Shown: positions 9,504 to 19,614, counted from the stretch's first letter. The stretch: 64,000 nt of DNA from Patescibacteria group bacterium (GCA_042570465.1 JBHPGO010000001.1:1656-65655), one strand, 5' to 3'. Notes: generated by a model from the letters alone, not told the origin. Program-made: numbers and translations.

Positions 9504-9593
9504 AATCTATCCTCCCAAACTCACCTTTCGGCTTTTGGACGAAAATCTAGTTGGCACATCACCCGCCAATATGAAGAAAAAACAGATGTTTCT

Positions 9594-10199
9594 TCAGAGG
9601 CTCTCGTATGCCTCCACCTGATTTTCATATTCGTATTTAACCATGCCGTAGTCGTTTTCCCACTTTTGCATTGCACTTTTCATAATGTCTAAATGGGTAT
9701 TTTGTTTCGCCAGCCAGTCAAAGGATTCCATTTGTTCATCAATCTCGTATCTGACCATGCTGTAATCATCTTCCCATTTATTTTCGGCATCCGCCTTAAC
9801 AATGTCTTTTGCTTCTTCTCTGGATGGTAAAAGACTAGCTCCTGTTTGCTGTATTTTTATTGTAGGCGTGGGTGCTTCAGTTGTTTTTTCTTCTATCTTC
9901 TCCTCTGGTTTGACGGTGGCGGTTACTTCTACTTCTTTTACGGGTGTCGGTGTTAACTTCGAAGAATCACTTTTCTTGCTATCATCATTGCCGAAGACAC
10001 CAATTATTAAAAACAGCCCGAGAAAAAGACCAACCAGAATCAGGCATCCCTTAGCTTTTTTTGTACCCTCTCTCTTTTTCTCTTCCTTCTTAATGTCTTT
10101 CCTGACCTTGACGCGATGTTTTTCTTCTGCCTCAATTTTATTCTTTTTTTCTTCAGACAAGGTTTCTTTATCTTCTTTAATCATTTTTTCACCCACCAT
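9594..10199 (-). CDS. membrane-anchored Lys/Glu-rich protein with two tandem ~25-aa C-terminal repeats
   Basis: TM segment LILVGLFLGLFLIIGVF; the repeats KWEDDYSMVRYEIDEQ and KWENDYGMVKYEYENQ. Confidence 0.4.
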   Translation of the reverse strand: MVGEKMIKEDKETLSEEKKNKIEAEEKHRVKVRKDIKKEEKKREGTKKAKGCLILVGLFLGLFLIIGVFGNDDSKKSDSSKLTPTPVKEVEVTATVKPEEKIEEKTTEAPTPTIKIQQTGASLLPSREEAKDIVKADAENKWEDDYSMVRYEIDEQMESFDWLAKQNTHLDIMKSAMQKWENDYGMVKYEYENQVEAYESL

Positions 10200-10392
10200 C
10201 CCCTTAAAAACAAATAACCCGCCAACTAGCGGGTTGATAAAAATGAGTTTTTCTCGATATTTGGGAAGATTTTAAGTCTGTCCAACATTATGTACACGGT
10301 AGCAAACGCTAAGAAGACGTGTCAAGTGACGAATCCCATATACAATGTTATGAGATGTTGTTAATTATTAAAGGAGAATTGCCTGCTTTAAT

Positions 10393-10638
10393 CTAAGGCG
10401 TCTCTGTTAAAGGTGGAAAAACTAGCAATTCTCTCACTTCTTTTTCGTACCTATGGGGATCCAAGCCTTCTCCAGAAACAATATATTCCCTCATTTCTTC
10501 ATCAAATAAAGGCTCTCCTGCTCTAGCTCTAGCAATTTGTTCTTCATTAGCCATCCGCATAACTGGCAAAATATATTTTAAATCCATCACAGACCTATGT
10601 GTTCTTGCTTGGGATTCGGCACTAACTTCTACTCTCAC
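10393..10638 (-). CDS. small hypothetical protein (81 aa)
   Basis: An ORF with a GGAGGTGATAAC RBS region. Confidence 0.3.
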   Translation of the reverse strand: MRVEVSAESQARTHRSVMDLKYILPVMRMANEEQIARARAGEPLFDEEMREYIVSGEGLDPHRYEKEVRELLVFPPLTETP

Positions 10639-10742
10639 GTTATCACCTCCTAAAAAATTAACAATTTCATCTTACTGGTGTTTATACGAACTTCTACTTA
10701 TCCTTCAATATATCTTATCATGAGTAGACAAATTGGCTTCCC

Positions 10743-10777
10743 CACACCCGATGTGACACAGGTACCGCACATCGGGA
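10743..10777. repeat. REP-like palindrome (cacacccgatgtg-N13-cacatcggga)
   Basis: The same family occurs at 34193, 34251, 53753 and 54508. Confidence 0.6.
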
Positions 10778-10863
10778 CTTGCCTGCCTAACCTATGACAA
10801 TTTGACAGACCAAATCAAGTACTAAAACAAGCCTATCTTAATTAAGACTCCCCTATTTTTTGA

Positions 10864-10880
10864 AATAGGCTGGTATAATG
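10864..10880 (+). promoter_or_regulatory. extended -10 promoter aataggctggtataat inside inverted repeats (ttaagact..agtcttaa; cctatttttt/gaaatagg)
   Basis: Identical 16-mer to the one at 7952; it lies upstream of the ATG at 10914. Confidence 0.45.
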
Positions 10881-10913
10881 AAAATTAAGTCTTAAAGTTA
10901 GAAAGGGCAAGAG

Positions 10914-11198
10914 ATGTCTGAATTTGAGCCAAGAACACTAGAAGAATATTTGCGAATAAATGATATTCAATTGGGAGATGGAGTTAGAAAAATGCTGGAG
11001 GCAGACACGCTGATAGTAAATGGCCTTGCTGAAGGTTCAAGAAGAACTACAAAAGAAGGAGTGGTAAGTAGGGAAAACCTGCTAGACACTTTAATGCAAA
11101 GAAGAATGGCAAAGCTACCGATCGGAGAGCTTCTTGGTGGAGGGCTGGCTAGCGGATGGAAGTGTCGTTATAGTGGATCAGATAGGGAAATGGAATAA
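10914..11198 (+). CDS. small hypothetical protein (94 aa)
   Basis: An ORF with the shared promoter; an R1 repeat follows it. Confidence 0.4.
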   Translation: MSEFEPRTLEEYLRINDIQLGDGVRKMLEADTLIVNGLAEGSRRTTKEGVVSRENLLDTLMQRRMAKLPIGELLGGGLASGWKCRYSGSDREME

Positions 11199-11221
11199 TA
11201 TCCTTCAAGTTTAGATAATTT

Positions 11222-11335
11222 AAACTACGCTCAAATCCAAAATCTCAGTGGCTTTTTTGAGGCTAAAATAGGCTCTAACTACGCCTGCCACGAGATTATA
11301 TTAATTTTTCGTGGTTGAGTCCTTGACCCCGAGGT
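11222..11335. repeat. R1 repeat copy D
   Basis: acgctcaaatcc...tttgaggctaaaataggctctaactacgcctgccacgagattatattaatttttcgtggttgagtcc. Confidence 0.7.
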
Positions 11336-11347
11336 TCAAAAAAGCCC

Positions 11348-12106
11348 TTAACTAGCTCTCTCGAGTTTTTCCAATAGTTTTCTGTATCTACTTTGGTTTT
11401 CAACAACTTGGGAACAAGAAATCCATACCTCTCTTGTTTTGTCCCATTTATTTTTAAATGTCTTTAGTCCTTTTTTGTCCTCTTTTTTTGAAAGAATAAA
11501 TCCTCCTGTTGCTCCATAAAGGCGTTTGTGCATTGAGGGGTTCTTGGTGGTAAAACCCAAAGATTGGACAATCTTCATTCCGCCAAGGTGTGATAGGTCA
11601 GTCAAGGCGACAACATCACTGGGAAAATCTCCATTCTCAATGTCATCCCCCAATTCAATCAGCCCCCCCAAGAAATCTAGCAACATTGATCTGGAAAATT
11701 GAAATATGTTTCCTTGGTCAAGTTGATCAAGGTTCCTAACTAAGTCTATTTTCCCTATTCTGTCACCAGGTTTAATTCGTACATTGCCATCTAGTGTTTT
11801 TCGACGACCACGGTGACGAATAAAAGTAATTTTTCCATGATTTCCCATTTGATAATTTTCAGAAAGAGCGCCTTCAGCAATTTCAGACCAAATTTTGAAG
11901 TTCCAACCCTTCAATCCAAGTAGCAAGGCATCAGAAAATATTTCCGAACCTGTTTTTCCTTTCGCTATTCCAGCCGAAACTGCCGTAATTGACCCAGTCT
12001 TACTAAGTACCTTAGCTGAAGGCTTATACGCCAATTTTTTAAGGGTATTTCTCTGGCTTTGAGAATTACCTTCAGGGCTCAATGGAATTTCATCAGCTTC
12101 CGCCAT
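11348..12106 (-). CDS. hypothetical protein (252 aa)
   Basis: Long ORF with no recognized motif, bracketed by R1 copies D and E. Confidence 0.4.
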   Translation of the reverse strand: MAEADEIPLSPEGNSQSQRNTLKKLAYKPSAKVLSKTGSITAVSAGIAKGKTGSEIFSDALLLGLKGWNFKIWSEIAEGALSENYQMGNHGKITFIRHRGRRKTLDGNVRIKPGDRIGKIDLVRNLDQLDQGNIFQFSRSMLLDFLGGLIELGDDIENGDFPSDVVALTDLSHLGGMKIVQSLGFTTKNPSMHKRLYGATGGFILSKKEDKKGLKTFKNKWDKTREVWISCSQVVENQSRYRKLLEKLERAS

Positions 12107-12310
12107 ATTTAAACACTATCATGAAATCTCCAGGATTTCCAGGTAATTCAAATAACTCTCCATCTCCGATCTTTCTTTTGCACTGATAACGCCATAATGG
12201 ATTCGAACTTCCACCCTTCTCCGCCAGCTGGCGGATTCGGAATGGCACGGCGTTCTTTAGACCCAAAATTATCATTGACTGAAAATTGATCAATTGATAT
12301 CATTTAATTA

Positions 12311-12604
12311 ATGCTTACCAAAACCGACCTTTCCCAAATCAGAAAAGTTATCAGAGAAGAAATTGAAAACGAAGCCGACAGTTTGAAAAAAGATCTTCAG
12401 GGTGAGATGAAATTGGTTCGGATGGAGATTCAAAGAGATGTTCGGAAGTTGAGTGATGAGGTAAAGGACCTAAATATTAGGATCAGAAAAATTGAAAAAG
12501 ATATCAAAACCGTTGTAAATTTCTTCGACAAGGAATCTTTGAAGACAGGCCAGCGAATCAGCCAGATTGAAGATCATCTCAAAATCTCTTCTCCTGCATT
12601 GTAG
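12311..12604 (+). CDS. small coiled-coil protein (97 aa)
   Basis: Heptad-like charged sequence; R1 copy E follows it. Confidence 0.35.
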   Translation: MLTKTDLSQIRKVIREEIENEADSLKKDLQGEMKLVRMEIQRDVRKLSDEVKDLNIRIRKIEKDIKTVVNFFDKESLKTGQRISQIEDHLKISSPAL

Positions 12605-12629
12605 GGTTAAGTTTGAACTTTGGACTTCC

Positions 12630-12705
12630 ATAAGGATAAAATAGGCTCTAGCTTCGCCTGCCACGAGATTATATTAATTTTTCGTGGTTGAGTCTGGAAC
12701 CCCAA
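12630..12705. repeat. R1 repeat copy E
   Basis: aaaataggctctagcttcgcctgccacgagattatattaatttttcgtggttgagtc. Confidence 0.7.
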
Positions 12706-12775
12706 ATACCGAGGTGTGCTACCTGAGACGCCTCCAGGGTATATTTTATTTGCAAATGCTTGATAAAATATAATC

Positions 12776-13030
12776 ATGGCACGCAGTCCAGAATACCAAC
12801 TTTTTTTAGATATCGTTTCAGAGCGAAAACCAGATACTTTATCCAAAATCATAGAATATCCGGCAACTGAGCAAGAAGTGGGTTGGTGGAAACAACATCA
12901 GGTCAGGAGGGCCATTCGCAAATGTGGAAATGGATCCGCTACACCAGTTGACTATCACCTCGTGCGCAGAAAAACATCAATAATCCCCTCTCTTGCAACA
13001 AGAAAACGATTAAAACAACGATCATTATAA
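12776..13030 (+). CDS. small hypothetical protein (84 aa)
   Basis: An ORF; R1 copy F follows it. Confidence 0.3.
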   Translation: MARSPEYQLFLDIVSERKPDTLSKIIEYPATEQEVGWWKQHQVRRAIRKCGNGSATPVDYHLVRRKTSIIPSLATRKRLKQRSL

Positions 13031-13054
13031 TAGTTGGAGGATTCCACCTCATCT

Positions 13055-13125
13055 CTCGTAGCCGTAAAATAAGTTCTAACTTCGCCTGCCACGTTTATTT
13101 AATTTACGTGGTTGAGTCTAGGTCC
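13055..13125. repeat. R1 repeat copy F (diverged)
   Basis: gtaaaataagttctaacttcgcctgccacgtttatttaatttacgtggttgagtc. Confidence 0.6.
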
Positions 13126-13422
13126 CATATTAGCATCTTAAGATTTAGTTGATTAATTATATTAATGATGGAATAATCATTATTAATACATGATTAAGAA
13201 GTTCGCATTAATAGTTTCAATATTTCTAGTCTTAAATGGCCTTGTAGTTTTATTTGAATCTTTCAAATGTATGTCAACCCCCGTATGTCAACCCCCGAGG
13301 TTGACATAGGTAGCAACCTCGGGAACAAGCTTCAAGTTTTTGGATAAAACACTCCCAAGTAACAATTGCCGCCTGCTTGATTTTAACATCGCCTTTTACA
13401 GTTAAATAGAAAAGAGTTAGGG

Positions 13423-13686
13423 CTAGAGTATTTCCTGGGGTGGAGTCTCGCTATCGGGCGGTGAACCTAATTTTTCTTTCCAAGCTAAGATTCTTAGTCT
13501 TAGATCACGAGCATTTCTCATTCCTAAATATGTTAAAGAAGAGTAACTTGTGATAGTTGATGGAGGTTTTTTGCCTTGAGTTTCTTCGGCAACGACACGA
13601 GACATGGTTGTAATCAATGACATTGGGGAAGGAGGAAGATGAGGTTTCGGAGGGGGGACTTCATAAAACTTTGGTTTTTCTTTCAT
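13423..13686 (-). CDS. small hypothetical protein
   Basis: An 87-aa ORF with no other support. Confidence 0.2.
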   Translation of the reverse strand: MKEKPKFYEVPPPKPHLPPSPMSLITTMSRVVAEETQGKKPPSTITSYSSLTYLGMRNARDLRLRILAWKEKLGSPPDSETPPQEIL

Positions 13687-13788
13687 GAGTTATATTTTAC
13701 CACTTAAATCAAGAAAGTCCATGATTGCTAGATATTTTTGCCAATCCCCTATTATTCCCGATCATTTTTGAAGACAAAAATTATCTTG

Positions 13789-15366
13789 TTAAGGAATCTT
13801 GTCAGGTGTATTAAAGAAGTAGCTTGCCGGTGTCCGGCAAATGGTTGGCAGGCTCTCTTTTCCCTGGACTTCAAAACCATAAGTGTCAGTTCCCAATGAT
13901 TTTCCATTTTCTTTAATTTCTAAAGTTATTGCTTGAGGGCCAATACCTCTGAACAAGCACTCAATCGAGGTAAGCTGGGTGGTTAATTTGTCTTCAAAAT
14001 CTTCAGGATCGTTGATCGAAACATTGCCAAGAATTTCCCGGCCATTTTCATCGATCCCCACTTTTTTAAAAGCTGATTTTAGAAATTTAACTCCCTGGCC
14101 GGTCCAGGTAAGTTCAAAGCATCGCTCCTCTTTCTCACACATCTCTACCAAGCCCCGGTCGACATCATAGCCATAAAATATATGGCTCCACCTAAGAAAG
14201 TCTTCTTCGTTTTGGGTTCTGATCTTTTTCTCTTTTGAGGAGATAGTGATCGGGATATTTTCAGATGAGAGCTCAATACTAATCGGTTCAGAGTAATAAG
14301 TTTTAGTTTTAAAAAAAGTAAAGCCTTTCGCTTGAATGAGATAGGTTCCTGAAGCAGTAAAAGGGTACCCGTTAAGGTCGATACTGACCGTTTCAGTTCC
14401 AATTTTGGGGTCCAGCGATCCTCCGATCATCCCCATCACTGACTGGTCGGTGGCCTTGATTAAGTTAAGGGAATAGGGATAGGCTTTATCAACCGGAAGC
14501 AGTTCGACCCTAAGGTTAAATTTATCGGTTGAGCCAACTTTTTGGGGATAGTCTGAAAGTTTAATCTCGGGTTCCCAGTTTTCCATATAGACTCTGTCCA
14601 AAATTGCCCCGTTTCTGACTCGCAAAACAAGTGAATTTGTCCCGGTTGGCAAAACAATACTTTCATAAAAAAAGCCAGGAGAATCCCATTTGATATCCGG
14701 AAGGTCAGAGCTTCCAAAAGTAGAAACCGAGATTGGGCGCACCAAACCAACCGTATCATTAATGTCTCTGGCTTCAAGAATCATGAGTGAGGCGGCCGCT
14801 TCCAAATTGTTATTAACTGCTTCTTGATTACCCTTAAATTCAATGATTACATCTTCAGTTCCAGGACCCCCTGAAAGAGCCATTCCTCCAGCAAAGCTTC
14901 CGGAATATGAGTCACCTTGAGCTTGGGTCTCGCCGGTAACACTAATGGGAGTTTCTTGGTTTAAGGCATTGGTGGTGGGAATTTTCTCCAGAGTTTGGTT
15001 GACTGGTGAGTTCAATCTTTCAGTTTCTTGAGCAACTTCGATAACTTTTTCAATTTGATCCAGTTCTTCAGGGGAAGTTGCTTTTTCTGTAATTTTTGGT
15101 TTTTCGAGGAGGAAAAAAGCGCCGACTCCCCCGAGGCAAAAGATCAGAAAGAAAAGGACAAAAAAGGCAATCTTTTTTGAGTTTCTGGCCTTTGGCGGTT
15201 CGGCTGGGATGATTGGTGGGGCGATTGGGGTGGTTGGGACAGTGGGGGCAGGGTCGTCAGTTACTGGCAAGGGATTGGTGGGAGCAGGGATCGGATTTGG
15301 CAAAGGCGTTGAGCCAGTTGGAGGAGGGTTATTAGCCTGAGGAGAAAAGTCTTGGCCATGATCCAT
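13789..15366 (-). CDS. membrane-anchored extracellular protein (Pro-rich N-terminus, single TM, large ectodomain)
   Basis: TM segment IAFFVLFFLIFCLGGVGAFFLL; the ORF is 525 aa. Confidence 0.45.
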   Translation of the reverse strand: MDHGQDFSPQANNPPPTGSTPLPNPIPAPTNPLPVTDDPAPTVPTTPIAPPIIPAEPPKARNSKKIAFFVLFFLIFCLGGVGAFFLLEKPKITEKATSPEELDQIEKVIEVAQETERLNSPVNQTLEKIPTTNALNQETPISVTGETQAQGDSYSGSFAGGMALSGGPGTEDVIIEFKGNQEAVNNNLEAAASLMILEARDINDTVGLVRPISVSTFGSSDLPDIKWDSPGFFYESIVLPTGTNSLVLRVRNGAILDRVYMENWEPEIKLSDYPQKVGSTDKFNLRVELLPVDKAYPYSLNLIKATDQSVMGMIGGSLDPKIGTETVSIDLNGYPFTASGTYLIQAKGFTFFKTKTYYSEPISIELSSENIPITISSKEKKIRTQNEEDFLRWSHIFYGYDVDRGLVEMCEKEERCFELTWTGQGVKFLKSAFKKVGIDENGREILGNVSINDPEDFEDKLTTQLTSIECLFRGIGPQAITLEIKENGKSLGTDTYGFEVQGKESLPTICRTPASYFFNTPDKIP

Positions 15367-15853
15367 TAATGATCATTGTAGGTCAAGAGCGTTCACTGGG
15401 TCAAATATTTTTTATTAATTCTTTCAATTTTGTGTTGATTCAGGCGATTTCGAAGATTCTGATCAAGGCTTTAACTCCAGAAGGCTTGATCAGGCGGGCA
15501 AAAATACTATTTTTCAACCCGTTTATGAGTATTATAAAAACCCCGCACTTGCTGCGGTTATTGCCGATAAACTAGTTTATCGGTAGAAAAGTTCTCATGA
15601 TTTGGGTTGAATTAATTGTTTTGCTTCTTGTCGTTATCAGAGAGGAAGTATTAAAGGAAGGGAAATTATTGCTTTAGAGACCTCTTTTGCCTTATGTATT
15701 ACCAAAATTTTTGATCAATCGAAAATATTTGGCAATAATTTGCAGATAATCATCCTTTTAGCCCAATAATTTGAAGTTGAGTGATATTATAACTTCACTT
15801 GCCTGAAGGACAATCTTTTAGCGGCAAGAAGTCTTTTGTTTTCCAAAAATTGG

Positions 15854-16333
15854 TTACAAAATTTCCAGGGAAATGCTTTCTTCGATGGAGCTAATCTTTT
15901 CCTTGAAACGGCGATAAATTTCTTCAAGAACATTTTCATCTTCAATCCCTTTTAAAAATATTTTGCTATTAGTGGGGTCTAAGTATTCATATTCAATTGG
16001 GTAATTGTTGAGATATTCAAAAATATCAGCATTAACTAACTTTTGATCTTCGGCCGCCTTGGTTAGCTTGCTCAAGACACAGTCCCCCTTTTCATTTCGA
16101 TCAGTCATCAAATCACAGGAAGAGTAGTCCGGAATATTTTTTGAACTTAAGACGATGACATATTCATTTTGAATCGGATTTTGGCGCCTTTTAATGAGAG
16201 TCGAAACAGTTTCAGGTTTTTGATTATTCAAAAGTTTAGGCTCTGGACTGTCTTTAAAGAATAATAAAAAAATGACCAGCATCGCCAGAAGAATAATGGA
16301 AATAGTGATGACCTTTTTCCTAAGATGGTCCAT
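15854..16333 (-). CDS. membrane-anchored hypothetical protein
   Basis: N-terminal TM ITISIILLAMLVIFLLF; 159 aa. Confidence 0.4.
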   Translation of the reverse strand: MDHLRKKVITISIILLAMLVIFLLFFKDSPEPKLLNNQKPETVSTLIKRRQNPIQNEYVIVLSSKNIPDYSSCDLMTDRNEKGDCVLSKLTKAAEDQKLVNADIFEYLNNYPIEYEYLDPTNSKIFLKGIEDENVLEEIYRRFKEKISSIEESISLEIL

Positions 16334-16720
16334 AACAATTATTAATATAACACAAAAAAGATTGATTTGTGAATAAGGTATTTTAAGCTTCAGTGGAAAT
16401 TTATAAAATAATTAAGTTGTTATGGTATAATCGGACCGATGAAAATTAAAGTTGAGGGTATACCGATTGTTCCACTTGTTGGATTGAAAGAGGATTTTTC
16501 AGTCTACCGAAAAACACCTGGTCCCCATTGTCCTGGAAAAGGTGGTTATCGGGTGAGGGACGACTTTTATCTGCAAAGAGGGAAAGATGTAAGAATTCGA
16601 CAAAAGTTAAGTGCAAGAAGATAGAGAGCTATTATTCTAGTCCCATGATGCCCAATGACATTTTAAGGAGAACTTGTTTATGATTGACGGTTTAAGAATG
16701 ACAAGTAAGGTGCTTGTTTA

Positions 16721-19570
16721 CTAAAGCGACCAATTAGCAATCACAAGAGCAAGGTCCAAAATGTTAACTATTTGATCGTCATTAAGATCAGTAGCTTGAG
16801 CTTGGCCTAGAGGGTCTGCTCCCCAGTTTTCCAAAACAAGCTTTAAGTCTTGAGTGTTAACTTCGCCGCTACCATCAACATCACCAAGAATCGGAGCTGG
16901 AGATGGGTTGGTAAATAAAACTTCAACCGGTCCGTGGTAGCTTCTTAGACCACTGGTATCAATATCTTCCAATAAATAGTGATAAGTGGTTCCCGAGACC
17001 ACATCCTCATCCAGATATTCATAGAAAGAAGGAGTGGCACAACCTAAACATTGGCTGAGAATTATTTGATTGTTGATTTGAGTAAAAGTTGACTGATAGG
17101 GATCAGCCGGGTCATAGTCCGAGCTGCGGTGGAGGTTAAAACCAAGATTATCTATTTCTTGGGCCGTTTCCCATTCAATCAAAACTTTTTCTGGACTGTC
17201 AGTGGCAGAAAAACTACTTAAGAAAATTGCTACTGGTCCTCCTGGAGCACATTGAGAACAGTCGAAGACACAGTCAGGGTGATCTATGATCGGGCTGCAA
17301 TTCACTATGTTTGAACATTCCCATGTTTCATGATCACAACTGAAGCCGTTCATCATTGGCGGTGGTGGGGTTGGAGTCGTCAGCAAGGAAGAGTCAATGA
17401 AATGGAGATATAATTCATCGAAATATACGGTTGCATTACTCCCTTCGTCGAAGCGGAAAAATATTTTGATGCTTTCCGTACCTGAAGGAACGGTAGTTCC
17501 GGAAAGGGTGAAATCCTGCCAGAAACCGGTGGCTATGTTCATGTCAAACATTTCTTGGCCAAGGAGGCCAGTATCCCAGTATTGAATGCCGACTTTGATT
17601 TTGACAGGACCGTTCATGCTGGCGATAAAATATTTGCCGGAAGCTTTGACAATATCTGAAGGGTTGATGTTAGTGGTAAGATTAGTGTAGAGAGCCCACT
17701 CTTGATTGCCGGCCGCGTAGTCGGCCCTGAGAGCATAGTTGCCCTGAAAGGCTTGTTGGCTTGAAGCAGACTCAACTAAGCTGCCAGATGATGAATCTGA
17801 AGACCAGGCATAAAAATCTTCACCGCATTCAAAGTTGTGTTGAAGGGGAGAAAGCTTTCCAGCCGTGTATGGATCAACCAAGTTCCAGGAAGAGCTGTTT
17901 TTATGGCAGCAATAGTTGTCAATGACTTGAGAGTTTTGAGCTTCTAGAGAAAAACTCCAGCCTGGGTCATAGCTGGCCGCACAAACATACCATTGACTGG
18001 CGTTGGTTTGGGCACTGCATAAAAAACGATTGTCAGGCCAATCTTCTCCGGTTTGATACTTCATAGCCAAGGTTGAACCCTTGCCGCACCAGAAGCCGGC
18101 GCAGGTATTGTAAGGAGAATGTTGGTCGCAAACATTTGGCCGCCCCCATTCAACGATGACCGGATCGTTAGAAACTGAAATTTTGACCTGACCATTGGCT
18201 GAGCCGTCGGTATCACCACTACCGCCATCAGTAATATATGTTTTAACGCCAGCTTTATTGGTTTTAATCACTGAAGAAGCGAAATAATCTCTGTTTTCAG
18301 TTGTGGCTGACCTTGACCATAAGATTTCCTTGAACTTGCCGCTGAGATGGTTATGGATAAAAACATAGCCCTCCAGCAAACTGTTGGCCTCTTTGGCTAA
18401 GTAGGAGTAATTTTTCATTTCATCAACAAGAATTTTGAAAGTACCAAATGAGGGCCTGATGGTATTATCCAGTCTGACAAATCCATAATCGGCTTCAAAG
18501 TAATCTTTGAGGGTAAACCATAGGAGGGGTCCCTCGCCGGTAGAGATGCTTTGAGAAAAGAGTTTAAATACTAGTCTGGCTTGGGTTTCTTCACTGACGG
18601 TTTCGTTGACTGGCTGACCAATTTCAGAAAATAAAATTGGTTTGTCACCGGCGCCATATTGGGCCATTAAGTTTTTAGCCCAATGGATTTTGCCCCTGAC
18701 GCCGCCGCCACTATAGTTGTCATTTTCATGACCGGTCCAATTGTTATAAAAAGCCTCATAATAGTGGAGGTTCATGTAGTCAAAAAATTGTTTTCCCCAA
18801 GTTTGGTAAGAATAAGCTAAAACATTTTCTAAAAAGTTGATGTTAAACACACAACAATCTTCGAGCGCCATGCCGGAAAATAAGATGATGGCGCTAGGAT
18901 TAGCCGCCTTAATTTCATTATAAAAGGTTCTTTGAAGAATAGCGTAATCTTTGTAATCATCAAGGCCGTTGTTATTTAAATCGTCGTCAGAGCCATATTT
19001 ATGGAAGCTATCAATTTCGTTTAGGGGTTCGAAATGATTTAAAATTGGGTTACCGGGAGCGTCGTTAATGCCGTCGCCATCATATCTTTCGGCTAATAAC
19101 CTTAATAATTCCCCATATTCTCCCAGATCTTCATCATCCATTGGTCCCCCGACATTTCTACCCGATTCTTCAACCGCCCAATCCGGAAATTCATATAAGC
19201 TCATCGAAACTAAGATATCATGCTGATTGTAAGCTTTAATATTTGAATCCAGCTCATCCCAAGTGTAAACATTTTTGGTCGCTTCAATGTCTTTCCAGCG
19301 ATAAAGATGGTTTTCAACTTTAGCACCGCTTTCCAGGAAAAGCTGGCCGACCGGGCCATATACAGGGTCAAAAGGAAATTCCCTAACCGTGTTAATGCCA
19401 AAAGCCATTTGGTCAAAATCACGGGTAAAAATGAACGGGCTGGTCGAGGCTTGGGCAATCATGCCTATTTTTTCAACTTCTCTTTTTTTAGTAGAATTCA
19501 GGAAAAGGATGAAGATCAACAACGGTATTGAAAAGACAGCTAGAATTTTAATAAAACCAAATCTTTTCAT
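16721..19570 (-). CDS. secreted glycoside hydrolase (GH5-like, clan GH-A) with Cys-rich region and C-terminal dockerin
   Basis: EPLNE is a candidate acid/base and ILFSEIGQ a candidate nucleophile. The C-terminal DVDGSGEVNTQDLKLVLENWG...DLNDDQIVNILDLALVIANW has two dockerin Ca-loop/helix repeats. There is an N-terminal TM/signal. Confidence 0.55.
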   Translation of the reverse strand: MKRFGFIKILAVFSIPLLIFILFLNSTKKREVEKIGMIAQASTSPFIFTRDFDQMAFGINTVREFPFDPVYGPVGQLFLESGAKVENHLYRWKDIEATKNVYTWDELDSNIKAYNQHDILVSMSLYEFPDWAVEESGRNVGGPMDDEDLGEYGELLRLLAERYDGDGINDAPGNPILNHFEPLNEIDSFHKYGSDDDLNNNGLDDYKDYAILQRTFYNEIKAANPSAIILFSGMALEDCCVFNINFLENVLAYSYQTWGKQFFDYMNLHYYEAFYNNWTGHENDNYSGGGVRGKIHWAKNLMAQYGAGDKPILFSEIGQPVNETVSEETQARLVFKLFSQSISTGEGPLLWFTLKDYFEADYGFVRLDNTIRPSFGTFKILVDEMKNYSYLAKEANSLLEGYVFIHNHLSGKFKEILWSRSATTENRDYFASSVIKTNKAGVKTYITDGGSGDTDGSANGQVKISVSNDPVIVEWGRPNVCDQHSPYNTCAGFWCGKGSTLAMKYQTGEDWPDNRFLCSAQTNASQWYVCAASYDPGWSFSLEAQNSQVIDNYCCHKNSSSWNLVDPYTAGKLSPLQHNFECGEDFYAWSSDSSSGSLVESASSQQAFQGNYALRADYAAGNQEWALYTNLTTNINPSDIVKASGKYFIASMNGPVKIKVGIQYWDTGLLGQEMFDMNIATGFWQDFTLSGTTVPSGTESIKIFFRFDEGSNATVYFDELYLHFIDSSLLTTPTPPPPMMNGFSCDHETWECSNIVNCSPIIDHPDCVFDCSQCAPGGPVAIFLSSFSATDSPEKVLIEWETAQEIDNLGFNLHRSSDYDPADPYQSTFTQINNQIILSQCLGCATPSFYEYLDEDVVSGTTYHYLLEDIDTSGLRSYHGPVEVLFTNPSPAPILGDVDGSGEVNTQDLKLVLENWGADPLGQAQATDLNDDQIVNILDLALVIANWSL

Positions 19571-19614
19571 ACATATAAACTATAGCACAAAACTTTTCCT
19601 ATGTGTTTCCACCC

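Noticed and set aside
12311-12604. The 12470..12664(-) and 12607..12852(-) ORFs overlapping the coiled-coil gene and the R1 repeat
   Set aside because: They are shorter, overlap the repeat element and lack an RBS. The plus-strand ORFs fit the gene-then-repeat pattern seen across the array.
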